This document shows positions 33,462 to 39,939 of a stretch of 64,000 nt of DNA, in pieces; the first letter of the stretch is position 1; each line of letters opens with the position of its first letter. The DNA is from an uncultured Desulfatibacillum sp. (lineage in GTDB: Bacteria; Desulfobacterota; Desulfobacteria; Desulfobacterales; SpSt-501), in the NCBI GenBank assembly GCA_964570965.1, contig CAZNAX010000001.1, forward strand, positions 41,469 to 105,468. The letters are read 5' to 3'. Below the pieces are notes generated by a model. That model saw nothing but the letters and a program-made list of their open reading frames with translations, did not search any database and was not told where the DNA came from. The position numbers were made by a program, and so were the translations under genes.

Positions 33462-34160
33462 ATGAGTGAGATACAGCTGATGAAGGATGGTAGATGGAGA
33501 CGAGCTACCGTCAATTTCAAGAATTCGGTTGAGCAGGTGAAAGTGATCTGCGCGCATGCTCGAACTTGTGAGATCGATGCGTTCAATAAGATCATAGCTA
33601 AGCTCAAGGAGCTTGGACATGATCTTGCAATAACAGATCGGTCTAAGGAAACAATTACGTGGGTGGAGATCGCTACTGCTGATCGGATCGCAAAGGTAGA
33701 ATTTGCAGTAGACGGGGATGGGTACGTTGGCAAGCTCAAGCTCAGCATGGGCGGGAACTACAGTATGAAGGTCAGCGGGTTCCGTCGGCAGTACAAGTAC
33801 GACTACTGCGCAGGAGACGCCTCACCCAAGTTCTACACTGCTATCGATGAGGGGCTCAAGAGCCTCAATGGTGCCGGTGAGCGTGAGAAGCAGTTGAGGG
33901 ACGAAGAGAAGGACACTAAGGAGATGATCGAGAGGACCATACGCAATCTAGAGCACTTGATCGTGAGCGACTTCGGTAGTAGAGTAGTGGTGAAACTAGA
34001 TCCAGAAACTCCCCTAGAGTCTGCAGTCAACTTTTTCGTGAAGGGGAGTATCATTTCCGTCGATCTCAAATTGACGGCAAAAGCGATAGACTTCCAGGAG
34101 TTGGTAGCTACGGTGAGGGCTTTGAAAAAGCATACGAAGCTTGCTGTCAGATGTGATTGA
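33462..34160 (+). CDS. Hypothetical protein
   Basis: 232 aa with RBS GAGGAG. Confidence 0.7.
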   Translation: MSEIQLMKDGRWRRATVNFKNSVEQVKVICAHARTCEIDAFNKIIAKLKELGHDLAITDRSKETITWVEIATADRIAKVEFAVDGDGYVGKLKLSMGGNYSMKVSGFRRQYKYDYCAGDASPKFYTAIDEGLKSLNGAGEREKQLRDEEKDTKEMIERTIRNLEHLIVSDFGSRVVVKLDPETPLESAVNFFVKGSIISVDLKLTAKAIDFQELVATVRALKKHTKLAVRCD

Positions 34161-34180
34161 AAGAGACAGGGAGGAGTTAG

Positions 34181-35077
34181 ATGGTTGATCGTAGGCTGGT
34201 TGAGCAGTTTGCCAAAGCGGGTTTGCATCTTGAGATGCAGAGCAAGCCGATCAGGAACGGTCGGGGAATGGACTTGATCTTCCAGATCGACATCCAGCGT
34301 AGGTTCAAAGGTAACGAGAGGGGAGAGTACTTTAGGATCTATCCCGGAAAGGATACTGTGATTCAGGTCCGGGATACTGATCGGGAGATCAACCAGTTGG
34401 TTCTATTGGTTGCTGAGCCCGTTCGTGAATTTGAGGAGGAGATCAGGCGGCATCGTAGTGAGTCTGATGCTCGTTGGCATGAGCAAGTTGCAAAAGTGAA
34501 GATCGCTAAGAGTACGCGTATCATTTCTGTGACTGAAAAGTCGATCCGGCTGGCTAGGAAGACTTCAGAAGAAAAGCGATACTTCCTCATGGGTGTGGAT
34601 GAGCGTCAGCTGTTCATTGCTCAGCTGAATGACGCTTGTACCAGTGTCAAACAGGCCTGCGACAGCTTGGGACGTACCGTACAGCTTGTTGAGGGTACGA
34701 GGCGAAACACCCGACAGGGAGAGTGGTTCTTCCTTGAGACGAAGGAGACTGTGAGAGACGCTATCGACGCCGGTATCAAAGATGGTAGCGTCATCGTCAG
34801 GAAGAAGACGGCTATCAGCGAAGCTATGAAACATCGCCGTGGCGGTAAGCCGCACATGGCTGATGAGATTGCGATCCGAAAAAGCTCATCGAAGTTGGAA
34901 CACGGATACGCCGTCCGTACGTACGACTACTTCGTACGCGGAAAGATAACACATCCGGATCACAAGACTGTCTCGTTCAAGCAATGGCGACAAGTCATTG
35001 CCAACAACGAAGCGGGTGTGGTTAGCAGTGAGAGAGGAGCTAGGATCAGGAGCACAGGAGTCTTCTGGTTCGACTAG
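34181..35077 (+). CDS. Hypothetical protein
   Basis: 298 aa with RBS GGGAGGAG. It is the last gene of the plus block before the convergent terminators. Confidence 0.7.
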   Translation: MVDRRLVEQFAKAGLHLEMQSKPIRNGRGMDLIFQIDIQRRFKGNERGEYFRIYPGKDTVIQVRDTDREINQLVLLVAEPVREFEEEIRRHRSESDARWHEQVAKVKIAKSTRIISVTEKSIRLARKTSEEKRYFLMGVDERQLFIAQLNDACTSVKQACDSLGRTVQLVEGTRRNTRQGEWFFLETKETVRDAIDAGIKDGSVIVRKKTAISEAMKHRRGGKPHMADEIAIRKSSSKLEHGYAVRTYDYFVRGKITHPDHKTVSFKQWRQVIANNEAGVVSSERGARIRSTGVFWFD

Positions 35078-35098
35078 AACGTATACCCACCTATCCAG

Positions 35099-35125
35099 GG
35101 GCCTCGAGTTCTTCGAGCGCCCTTT
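35099..35125 (+). terminator. Hairpin terminator (plus strand)
   Basis: GGGCCTCGA pairs with TCGAG(C)GCCC, 9 bp with one bulge, followed by TTTCATT. Confidence 0.55.
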
Positions 35126-35143
35126 CATTACGTAGTCATGATC

Positions 35144-35172
35144 AGCTAAGGGAAATGGCACAGAAGTGTGCC
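35144..35172 (-). terminator. Hairpin + CCCTTAGCT module
   Basis: GGCACA-gaag-TGTGCC (35157-35172) lies 5 nt after the stop of gene 35178..35759. On the minus strand it is followed by ATTTCCCTTAGCT. Confidence 0.55.
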
Positions 35173-35177
35173 TGGGG

Positions 35178-35759
35178 TTAGCGTGCGATGAAGTGAGGTT
35201 CGCGACAATGGTAGCAGTTCGCTTTTGCCACTGCTGCCGCGATGGCATCGGTGAAACATTTGATTGATTCTGGAAGGGTTTCGTCATAGTACCCCTTCCA
35301 GATCGTTTTTTCCACGATTTCAAGTGTCAAGTCTGGGTGTAGGTGACAGCTGCAGCCAATGATCTGAATCCAGTCTTCACACGCTCTCACTTCCACTACC
35401 ATGATCGTATCGAAGGCAGAAACAGGAACTGAGAAAAGGGCATGTATACCGTTCGATAGGTGTCCACTACGAGGAATGTGATACGGATGAATGGGGAGAC
35501 CATCCGGGTAGCACATCACTGTTGCGTCCCCGGAGTTGGACATACCACCACCGTATTCACGGCAGTTGATGGCGATGCCCATCTTGTAGTCCTTCAATTC
35601 CGGTGGGGATGTGTACACTACACGATAGTCATCCGTATCGTTGTGCTTCGGTAGTTCGACGATCAAACCACCGTGCACGAGCTTAGTGGAAATGCCAGCC
35701 TTAGCCAGCATTTCAGCCAATGCAAGATCTTCCCCAAATACTTTGGCTACGAGATGCAT
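35178..35759 (-). CDS. Hypothetical protein (island gene)
   Basis: 193-aa ORF (MHLVAKVFGEDLALAEMLAKAG...) with its own promoter module. Cys/His-rich C-terminal half (IGCSCHLHPD, NCYHCREPH). Confidence 0.65.
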   Translation of the reverse strand: MHLVAKVFGEDLALAEMLAKAGISTKLVHGGLIVELPKHNDTDDYRVVYTSPPELKDYKMGIAINCREYGGGMSNSGDATVMCYPDGLPIHPYHIPRSGHLSNGIHALFSVPVSAFDTIMVVEVRACEDWIQIIGCSCHLHPDLTLEIVEKTIWKGYYDETLPESIKCFTDAIAAAVAKANCYHCREPHFIAR

Positions 35760-35807
35760 TCTCTTTGCCTTGTCCTTTGAGCGAGTAGGGATCTCTCACT
35801 CATAATC

Positions 35808-35836
35808 CTTATATACTGATCTATGCCGTAATTTCT
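35808..35836 (-). promoter_or_regulatory. Phage promoter candidate, class GAAAwT-N16/17-kATAAG
   Basis: Minus strand reads GAAATT (35836-35831), 17 nt, TATAAG (35813-35808). The AGCTAAG motif lies at 35843-35849. Confidence 0.5.
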
Positions 35837-35868
35837 ATGATCAGCTAAGGAATGAACGGAAGGTGGGA

Positions 35869-36048
35869 CTAGATGGGGATGAGGACATTGATGGGGCCGA
35901 AGGCAAACTGGTAGTAGCATCCAGGCATGCCACTTTCCAGCTGCCTAAAACTGCTAGGGGCGGGAAGAACCCAGACGTGGACCGGCCTTGGCTCTTGCAA
36001 CCTGATGAGCAGGCTGTAGAGCCGATCGCTATCAACTACAAGTGTCAT
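35869..36048 (-). CDS. Hypothetical small protein (island gene)
   Basis: ATG 36048 follows AAAGGAAAC and lies 22 nt downstream of the promoter -10. 59 aa (MTLVVDSDRLYSLLIRLQEPRP...). The opposite-strand ORF 35863..36081 does not fit the module orientation. Confidence 0.45.
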   Translation of the reverse strand: MTLVVDSDRLYSLLIRLQEPRPVHVWVLPAPSSFRQLESGMPGCYYQFAFGPINVLIPI

Positions 36049-36069
36049 ATGTGTTTCCTTTCTACTGAT

Positions 36070-36097
36070 CTTATATACTGATCTATACATGGATTTC
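36070..36097 (-). promoter_or_regulatory. Phage promoter candidate, class GAAAwT-N16/17-kATAAG
   Basis: Minus strand reads GAAATC (36097-36092), 16 nt, TATAAG (36075-36070). Confidence 0.5.
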
Positions 36098-36104
36098 TGT
36101 GATC

Positions 36105-36132
36105 AGCTAAGGAAATTGGCTCGAAGTGAGCC
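36105..36132 (-). terminator. Hairpin + TTTCCTTAGCT module
   Basis: GGCTC-gaagt-GAGCC (36118-36132). On the minus strand it is followed by CAATTTCCTTAGCT, downstream of the stop of gene 36144..36386. Confidence 0.5.
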
Positions 36133-36143
36133 TAGGTAGGGAT

Positions 36144-36386
36144 CTAGCGGAGACAGATACAATCTGCTCCGCCATCATCAGGCGTGCACCAACAATACCT
36201 GGCCCCCACATCAGGGGGCCAGCCCTCCTGGTATTTCAACTGACCTCTCTCGTCGACCCCAGCACAGAACAGCTCTGTGCCTGCCGGGGTAGTTCGTCCC
36301 CTGATAGCCCAGTAGCCCCCTCCGGTTGCTGGGACGATCAGCCCGTCGACCCAATAAGATGACGGGCGCGTCGGGAACGGTTTCAT
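36144..36386 (-). CDS. Hypothetical small Cys/Trp-rich protein (island gene)
   Basis: 80 aa with RBS GGGGGGAAG. C-terminus YCWCTPDDGGADCIC. Confidence 0.6.
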   Translation of the reverse strand: MKPFPTRPSSYWVDGLIVPATGGGYWAIRGRTTPAGTELFCAGVDERGQLKYQEGWPPDVGARYCWCTPDDGGADCICLR

Positions 36387-36431
36387 GACTTCCCCCCGAC
36401 ATTGTAATCATCCCACTTACCAAAGTTTGCT

Positions 36432-36704
36432 TCACTCATTCTTGAATCCTTCTGTAAGGGCAAGTCCACGACGCACGAGCCGATCCAAATAACCCAATGT
36501 TGACGGTGGTACGTTGAGCAGCTCGTTACAAGGAGGACCGCACGATTGCCCTCCCTGGTGAATTCGATAAGCACGGACCTCTTCTAGATCTCGCTTGAGC
36601 ACAACGAACAGGTTCCTGATGACGTGGTGCGTTGCCCGCTCGCATGCCATAGCCCATATTTCTGCTGGAGTTTCCTCACAATCTATACTGTTATTGTTAT
36701 TCAA
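36432..36704 (-). CDS. Hypothetical small protein (island gene)
   Basis: TTG 36704 lies 4 nt after GGAGG, giving 90 aa (NNNNSIDCEETPAEIWAMACERATHHVIRNLF...). The upstream part of ORF 36432..36848 overlaps gene 36697..37035. Start is uncertain. Confidence 0.45.
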   Translation of the reverse strand: MNNNNSIDCEETPAEIWAMACERATHHVIRNLFVVLKRDLEEVRAYRIHQGGQSCGPPCNELLNVPPSTLGYLDRLVRRGLALTEGFKNE

Positions 36705-37035
36705 GTTTCCTCCATGCCCCTTTCTCGGGCTCGGCCTCAAACGATGGCACACCATCCCACGTCGCACCGCAACGACAACATTGACCACCGTTACCATCGG
36801 AGCCTTGCCAGAAGTTAGCTTCGGTCCTGCAAGAAAAACACACGCCATCGATCCAAGTCAGGTCGGTACCTTTTCCAACGTGGTGAATATCGATGACGTC
36901 CTGAAACGTCTCGTACGTTTGGAAGCTTGGATGCTGCCCCAGCCATCGCAGAACGGCTGCACCATCTCGGAATAGCACACCCGCTGCGACGGTATTACCA
37001 TCGCGGATCAGAGAAAATCTCAAGGAATCGGTCAT
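36697..37035 (-). CDS. Hypothetical Cys-rich protein (island gene)
   Basis: 112 aa with RBS AGAGGAGAG. Motifs CFSC...CCRC. Confidence 0.6.
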   Translation of the reverse strand: MTDSLRFSLIRDGNTVAAGVLFRDGAAVLRWLGQHPSFQTYETFQDVIDIHHVGKGTDLTWIDGVCFSCRTEANFWQGSDGNGGQCCRCGATWDGVPSFEAEPEKGAWRKLE

Positions 37036-37099
37036 TGAAATAGCTCTCCTCTAACTACTACTAACACCTGGCCACATGTATTTTAGTCCGCCCCTTTCG

Positions 37100-37426
37100 T
37101 CAACTCCGGCACACCACAAATCCGTACTTCCCACCGACATTACTCATGTAGGTGTCCTCCTCTGCGGGATCGATGAAGAAGGTTTTGGGGCACGGCAGTC
37201 CCTTCCAGAGCCACCTACCGCACTTACCTGGAGTCTCATCGGGGCAGTGTATCCTATCCCCAAACGATCCCGTTGGGCATACCTCGTTGCCCCTATCCCT
37301 ACTCCAAAGCACGGCGTCTCCGAAAGCAGCCCCTACTAGCTGCTCACTAGTCGGCCGCGATCCACATTCCGGGCAGGATCTAGATATTGGTCGGAATCCA
37401 CAATCACAGTTCCATCTATTGTTCAT
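37100..37426 (-). CDS. Hypothetical Cys-rich zinc-ribbon-like protein (island gene)
   Basis: 108 aa. WNCDCGFRPISRSCPECG plus further Cys pairs. It lies 24 nt downstream of a promoter module. Confidence 0.6.
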   Translation of the reverse strand: MNNRWNCDCGFRPISRSCPECGSRPTSEQLVGAAFGDAVLWSRDRGNEVCPTGSFGDRIHCPDETPGKCGRWLWKGLPCPKTFFIDPAEEDTYMSNVGGKYGFVVCRS

Positions 37427-37449
37427 CTTCGTTATTCCTTTCTACTATT

Positions 37450-37478
37450 CTTATACCAGTGATCGAGGTCGTAATGTT
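37450..37478 (-). promoter_or_regulatory. Phage promoter candidate (weaker -35)
   Basis: Minus strand reads AACATT, 17 nt, TATAAG (37455-37450). It probably drives the four genes from 37426 down to 36144. Confidence 0.4.
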
Positions 37479-37482
37479 ACGT

Positions 37483-37509
37483 AGCTAAGGAAATTGGGGA
37501 GAACTCCCC
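37483..37509 (-). terminator. Hairpin + TTTCCTTAGCT module
   Basis: GGGGA-gaac-TCCCC (37496-37509). On the minus strand it is followed by CAATTTCCTTAGCT, just after the stop of gene 37516..37770. Confidence 0.5.
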
Positions 37510-37515
37510 TAGAAT

Positions 37516-37770
37516 CTAGCGATCTTTCGCATTCGGGGGCGGGCGGAACGTGGCGCTTCCGTGCAGGAAGGCTTGCGTCAGCGGGATGTCGACGAGGGTG
37601 ATGGAGAAGTGATCACCGGTTTCGGTGACATTTCCGAGGCAGGAGGTAGTTACTGCGAAGCCGTCTGGTACTGTTTTGACTTCGAGCAGACCTAGCGACG
37701 GCGTAGCTAGGCAGAAGTTCAGCGCTGCTTCATAGGTCACAAACTTGGCCACGGTTTTTGGTTTCGGCAT
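37516..37770 (-). CDS. Hypothetical small protein (island gene)
   Basis: ATG 37770 follows AAAGGACTGAG, giving 84 aa (MPKPKTVAKFVTYEAALNFCLATP...). The 289-aa ORF-track version runs through a promoter, a terminator and the Csx3-like gene in another frame. Confidence 0.55.
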   Translation of the reverse strand: MPKPKTVAKFVTYEAALNFCLATPSLGLLEVKTVPDGFAVTTSCLGNVTETGDHFSITLVDIPLTQAFLHGSATFRPPPNAKDR

Positions 37771-37819
37771 TGGTCTCAGTCCTTTCTTTTTCGAGGTTAG
37801 ACCTTTCCCGATCGTAATT

Positions 37820-37848
37820 CTTATATACAGACTGTGATCAGTATTTTC
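37820..37848 (-). promoter_or_regulatory. Phage promoter candidate, class GAAAwT-N16/17-kATAAG
   Basis: Minus strand reads GAAAAT (37848-37843), 17 nt, TATAAG (37825-37820). Confidence 0.5.
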
Positions 37849-37856
37849 ACATAACG

Positions 37857-37886
37857 AGCTAAAAGGAGGGCTTTTGAAGACCCTCC
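37857..37886 (-). terminator. Intrinsic terminator after Csx3-like gene
   Basis: GGAGGG (37865-37870) pairs with CCCTCC (37881-37886). On the minus strand it is followed by TTTTAGCT. Confidence 0.6.
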
Positions 37887-37922
37887 GGAGACCTGGAACT
37901 AGGATTCCAGGCTCCAGCTTGC

Positions 37923-38258
37923 TTACAGCGGGTAGCCGTCCGATCCCGCTGTGATCGTATCTCCCACGGCGCGACCGCCGTGAGACGACACTATCACATA
38001 GCTCGTCGTCTTCGGATCGAAGATGGCCACTTCGCAGAAGCGGTGGATCAGATGGTGTGCCAGTATGAACGCAACCGGCAGCGATGCCGGTCCATTCACA
38101 AGGCACAGCGCTCCACCAGGGATCGTGTTGGCGGAGGGAGAGCGCATGAACGCATCCACTTCCGCCACGATCTGGTTGTTCTGTGCTGGTTTGCCGAAGC
38201 CCACGCGAAGCAGGGTCACTCCGCCTTCGGACTCGATCACAATAGAATAGTGTTCCAT
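37923..38258 (-). CDS. csx3: Csx3/Crn3-like cyclic oligoadenylate ring nuclease candidate
   Basis: 111 aa with RBS AAGGAGG 5 nt upstream. LVNGPASLPVAFILAHHLIHRFCEVAIFDPKTTSYVIVSSHGGRAVGDTI aligns block by block with my recollection of A. fulgidus Csx3, ISGRGPIWLHCFLAHKYAHTPFVAVYDPRLGAVVVQSHSELREGDVI. The aligned blocks include the AH..H, (Y/F)DP(R/K) and SH positions. The size matches a single-domain Csx3 of about 104 aa. Confidence 0.6.
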   Translation of the reverse strand: MEHYSIVIESEGGVTLLRVGFGKPAQNNQIVAEVDAFMRSPSANTIPGGALCLVNGPASLPVAFILAHHLIHRFCEVAIFDPKTTSYVIVSSHGGRAVGDTITAGSDGYPL

Positions 38259-38389
38259 TGGAACCTCCTTGATCTGGCACTGCCAGGGAGTTGCCTAGTA
38301 CTTCCCCAGAAAGTGCACCCGTCCCTTGTTTTATGGGTGGGACGTCAACCCGATCAACTAGGAACTTTATGTTCCCATTGATCAATCTT

Positions 38390-38418
38390 CTTATACCCTA
38401 GACGCTCATTGTTCTTTC
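38390..38418 (-). promoter_or_regulatory. Phage promoter candidate upstream of Csx3-like gene (long leader)
   Basis: Minus strand reads GAAAGA (38418-38413), 17 nt, TATAAG (38395-38390). It lies about 130 nt upstream of ATG 38258, against 22-53 nt for the other copies. Confidence 0.45.
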
Positions 38419-38504
38419 AATCTGACAGAGAAAAATGCTGCTGTAGAGAGTCCTAGATCTGGTTATAAGCATGGTGGAAGGGAAATCCTTTAGAGAGTGA
38501 GGAG

Positions 38505-38942
38505 ATGATGGGGAAGAGAAAGTCGACTGACCTGCACAAATTGGTGCAGGAGCAACTGGAGAGCAAGAACCCCGAGTGCTATGGTGCGTTCGACCAAGAG
38601 GACGCAACGTGCACGGAGGAATGTGCGAAGATGGAAGCCTGCCGTAGACTACGGGGGAAGTTGTTTTCTCCAACAAGGGGGTTGTCGAGGAAAAGGGCTA
38701 TCCAAGCATTCTGTTGGGAGTGCAATGGCGGTACGAGCCATGCACCAGACTGCAAGGACACGGCCTGTCCATTCTACGTCTTCAGGAAGAAGAACGAGGG
38801 CACGCCTAATCTGTGGTGGACACAGGAGGCGAGCAAGTGGAACAGGCTGTCCCAGGAGGCTAGAGGGGTGATCAAGGTTATAGAGTCCACCGAAGAGGTT
38901 GAGGTGGACGAGGAAGAAGAGGAAGAAGATGGAGACGATTAG
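38505..38942 (+). CDS. Cys-rich protein with acidic tail
   Basis: 145 aa with RBS GAGGAG. RKRAIQAFCWECNGGTSHAPDCKDTACPFYVFR resembles a C..C....C....CP(L/F) zinc module common in small phage proteins. C-terminus EEVEVDEEEEEEDGDD. Confidence 0.65.
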   Translation: MMGKRKSTDLHKLVQEQLESKNPECYGAFDQEDATCTEECAKMEACRRLRGKLFSPTRGLSRKRAIQAFCWECNGGTSHAPDCKDTACPFYVFRKKNEGTPNLWWTQEASKWNRLSQEARGVIKVIESTEEVEVDEEEEEEDGDD

Positions 38943-39468
38943 GATGGAATGTGCGCTGCTAGAGATCCCAAACTTCAACGTGGCCGACTACAGGGAGAAC
39001 ACCCTGCAGGCATTGAGACTGGGATTCGAGCAGCGTAAGGAGATGGATCCGTTTGCGGAGCTCGTGGTCTCAGTAGATCCACGAACAGGGGCACGAGAAG
39101 GAAGGCACTTCTCCTTGGTCCTGTCTCCTCACAGATTTGAAGACGAAAATGACAAGGACGCATTCGCAAGTATGATCCGTGCCGTCGCACAGACGTACAA
39201 CGCCGTCGCTTACATGTTCCTGTCCGAAGCGTACATGGTGAAGCGTGAGGATGAGCTGGAGGCGCCACCAAGCGAGTGCAGTGATCGGATTGAGGTACTC
39301 CAGATCATCTTCGAGTTTGAGGAGACTGGCATGGAGATGCACAGCGCCAAGATAGTGAGGGGTGATAAGGTCGAGCTCTCTGAGTGGACGAGCTACAAGA
39401 CCGAGAAGGGATCTGGGTTCGGTGGCAGGTTCACGAACGTGCTGCCCAGGAGCAAGTACCTGCAATGA
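38929..39468 (+). CDS. Hypothetical protein
   Basis: ATG 38929 (METIRMECALLEIPNF...). ATG 38944 is also possible. It overlaps the upstream gene end. Confidence 0.6.
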   Translation: METIRMECALLEIPNFNVADYRENTLQALRLGFEQRKEMDPFAELVVSVDPRTGAREGRHFSLVLSPHRFEDENDKDAFASMIRAVAQTYNAVAYMFLSEAYMVKREDELEAPPSECSDRIEVLQIIFEFEETGMEMHSAKIVRGDKVELSEWTSYKTEKGSGFGGRFTNVLPRSKYLQ

Positions 39469-39737
39469 AGAAGGCGAAGAAGGAAGCTCGTATACAGAAT
39501 GAGGTGATCTGGGCAGAAAGCGATGAGGAAGTTCCCAAGTACCGTGCCCACCTTCAATATGAGCACTGGATAGGGAAGCCGGACCCTTCAGGATTTGGGG
39601 ACTACTATCTGATCAGTGACAGCATGAGCTGGCTGGAAAAAGAAGTAGCGTGGCGGGTAGAAAGAAGAGATAAGTTGCTGGGGTACGAGATGAGATCAGA
39701 AGATGGGAAGTGGAAGAGGATCAGAAGTGAAAAATGA
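39465..39737 (+). CDS. Paralog family B, member 1
   Basis: ATG 39465 in an ATGA overlap, 90 aa. PKYRAHLQYEHW...GDYYLISDSMSWLEKEVAWRVERRDKLLGYEMR. Confidence 0.6.
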   Translation: MKKAKKEARIQNEVIWAESDEEVPKYRAHLQYEHWIGKPDPSGFGDYYLISDSMSWLEKEVAWRVERRDKLLGYEMRSEDGKWKRIRSEK

Positions 39738-39939
39738 GATCGAGCCTAAGTACCGAGCACATTTCCAGGCGAGTTACGGGGACTACTTCGTCTACAGCCA
39801 CTTCCTCGAGAGGCTAAAGTGGGAAGTAGGATGGCGGACGAAGATGAGAGGGGATAAGTTTATCGGATACGAGACAAGAAAGAAGAATAGGATATGGATC
39901 AAATTGAGTGAGGTAGATCACAGTGAAGCAGCAGAATAA
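39703..39939 (+). CDS. Paralog family B, member 2
   Basis: 78 aa (or GTG 39727). PKYRAHFQASYGDYFVYSHFLERLKWEVGWRTKMRGDKFIGYETR parallels the upstream gene. Confidence 0.55.
   Translation: MGSGRGSEVKNEIEPKYRAHFQASYGDYFVYSHFLERLKWEVGWRTKMRGDKFIGYETRKKNRIWIKLSEVDHSEAAE

Noticed and set aside
35863-36081. 72-aa plus-strand ORF opposite gene 35869..36048
   Set aside because: The flanking promoter (36070-36097) and the AGCTAAG motif are oriented for minus-strand expression, with an RBS and ATG at 36048. The plus-strand ORF would start inside the neighbouring unit's terminator motif.
36383-36574. 63-aa minus-strand ORF overlapping gene 36432..36704
   Set aside because: It lies in a different frame from a longer ORF that has a GGAGG-TTG start, has no RBS of its own, and would overlap the start of gene 36144..36386.
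37516-38385. 289-aa minus-strand ORF spanning the Csx3-like gene region
   Set aside because: It starts at a TTG inside the promoter leader and reads through the Csx3-like gene in another frame, a terminator hairpin and a promoter module. Only its last 84 codons (37516..37770) have an RBS and fit the module structure.
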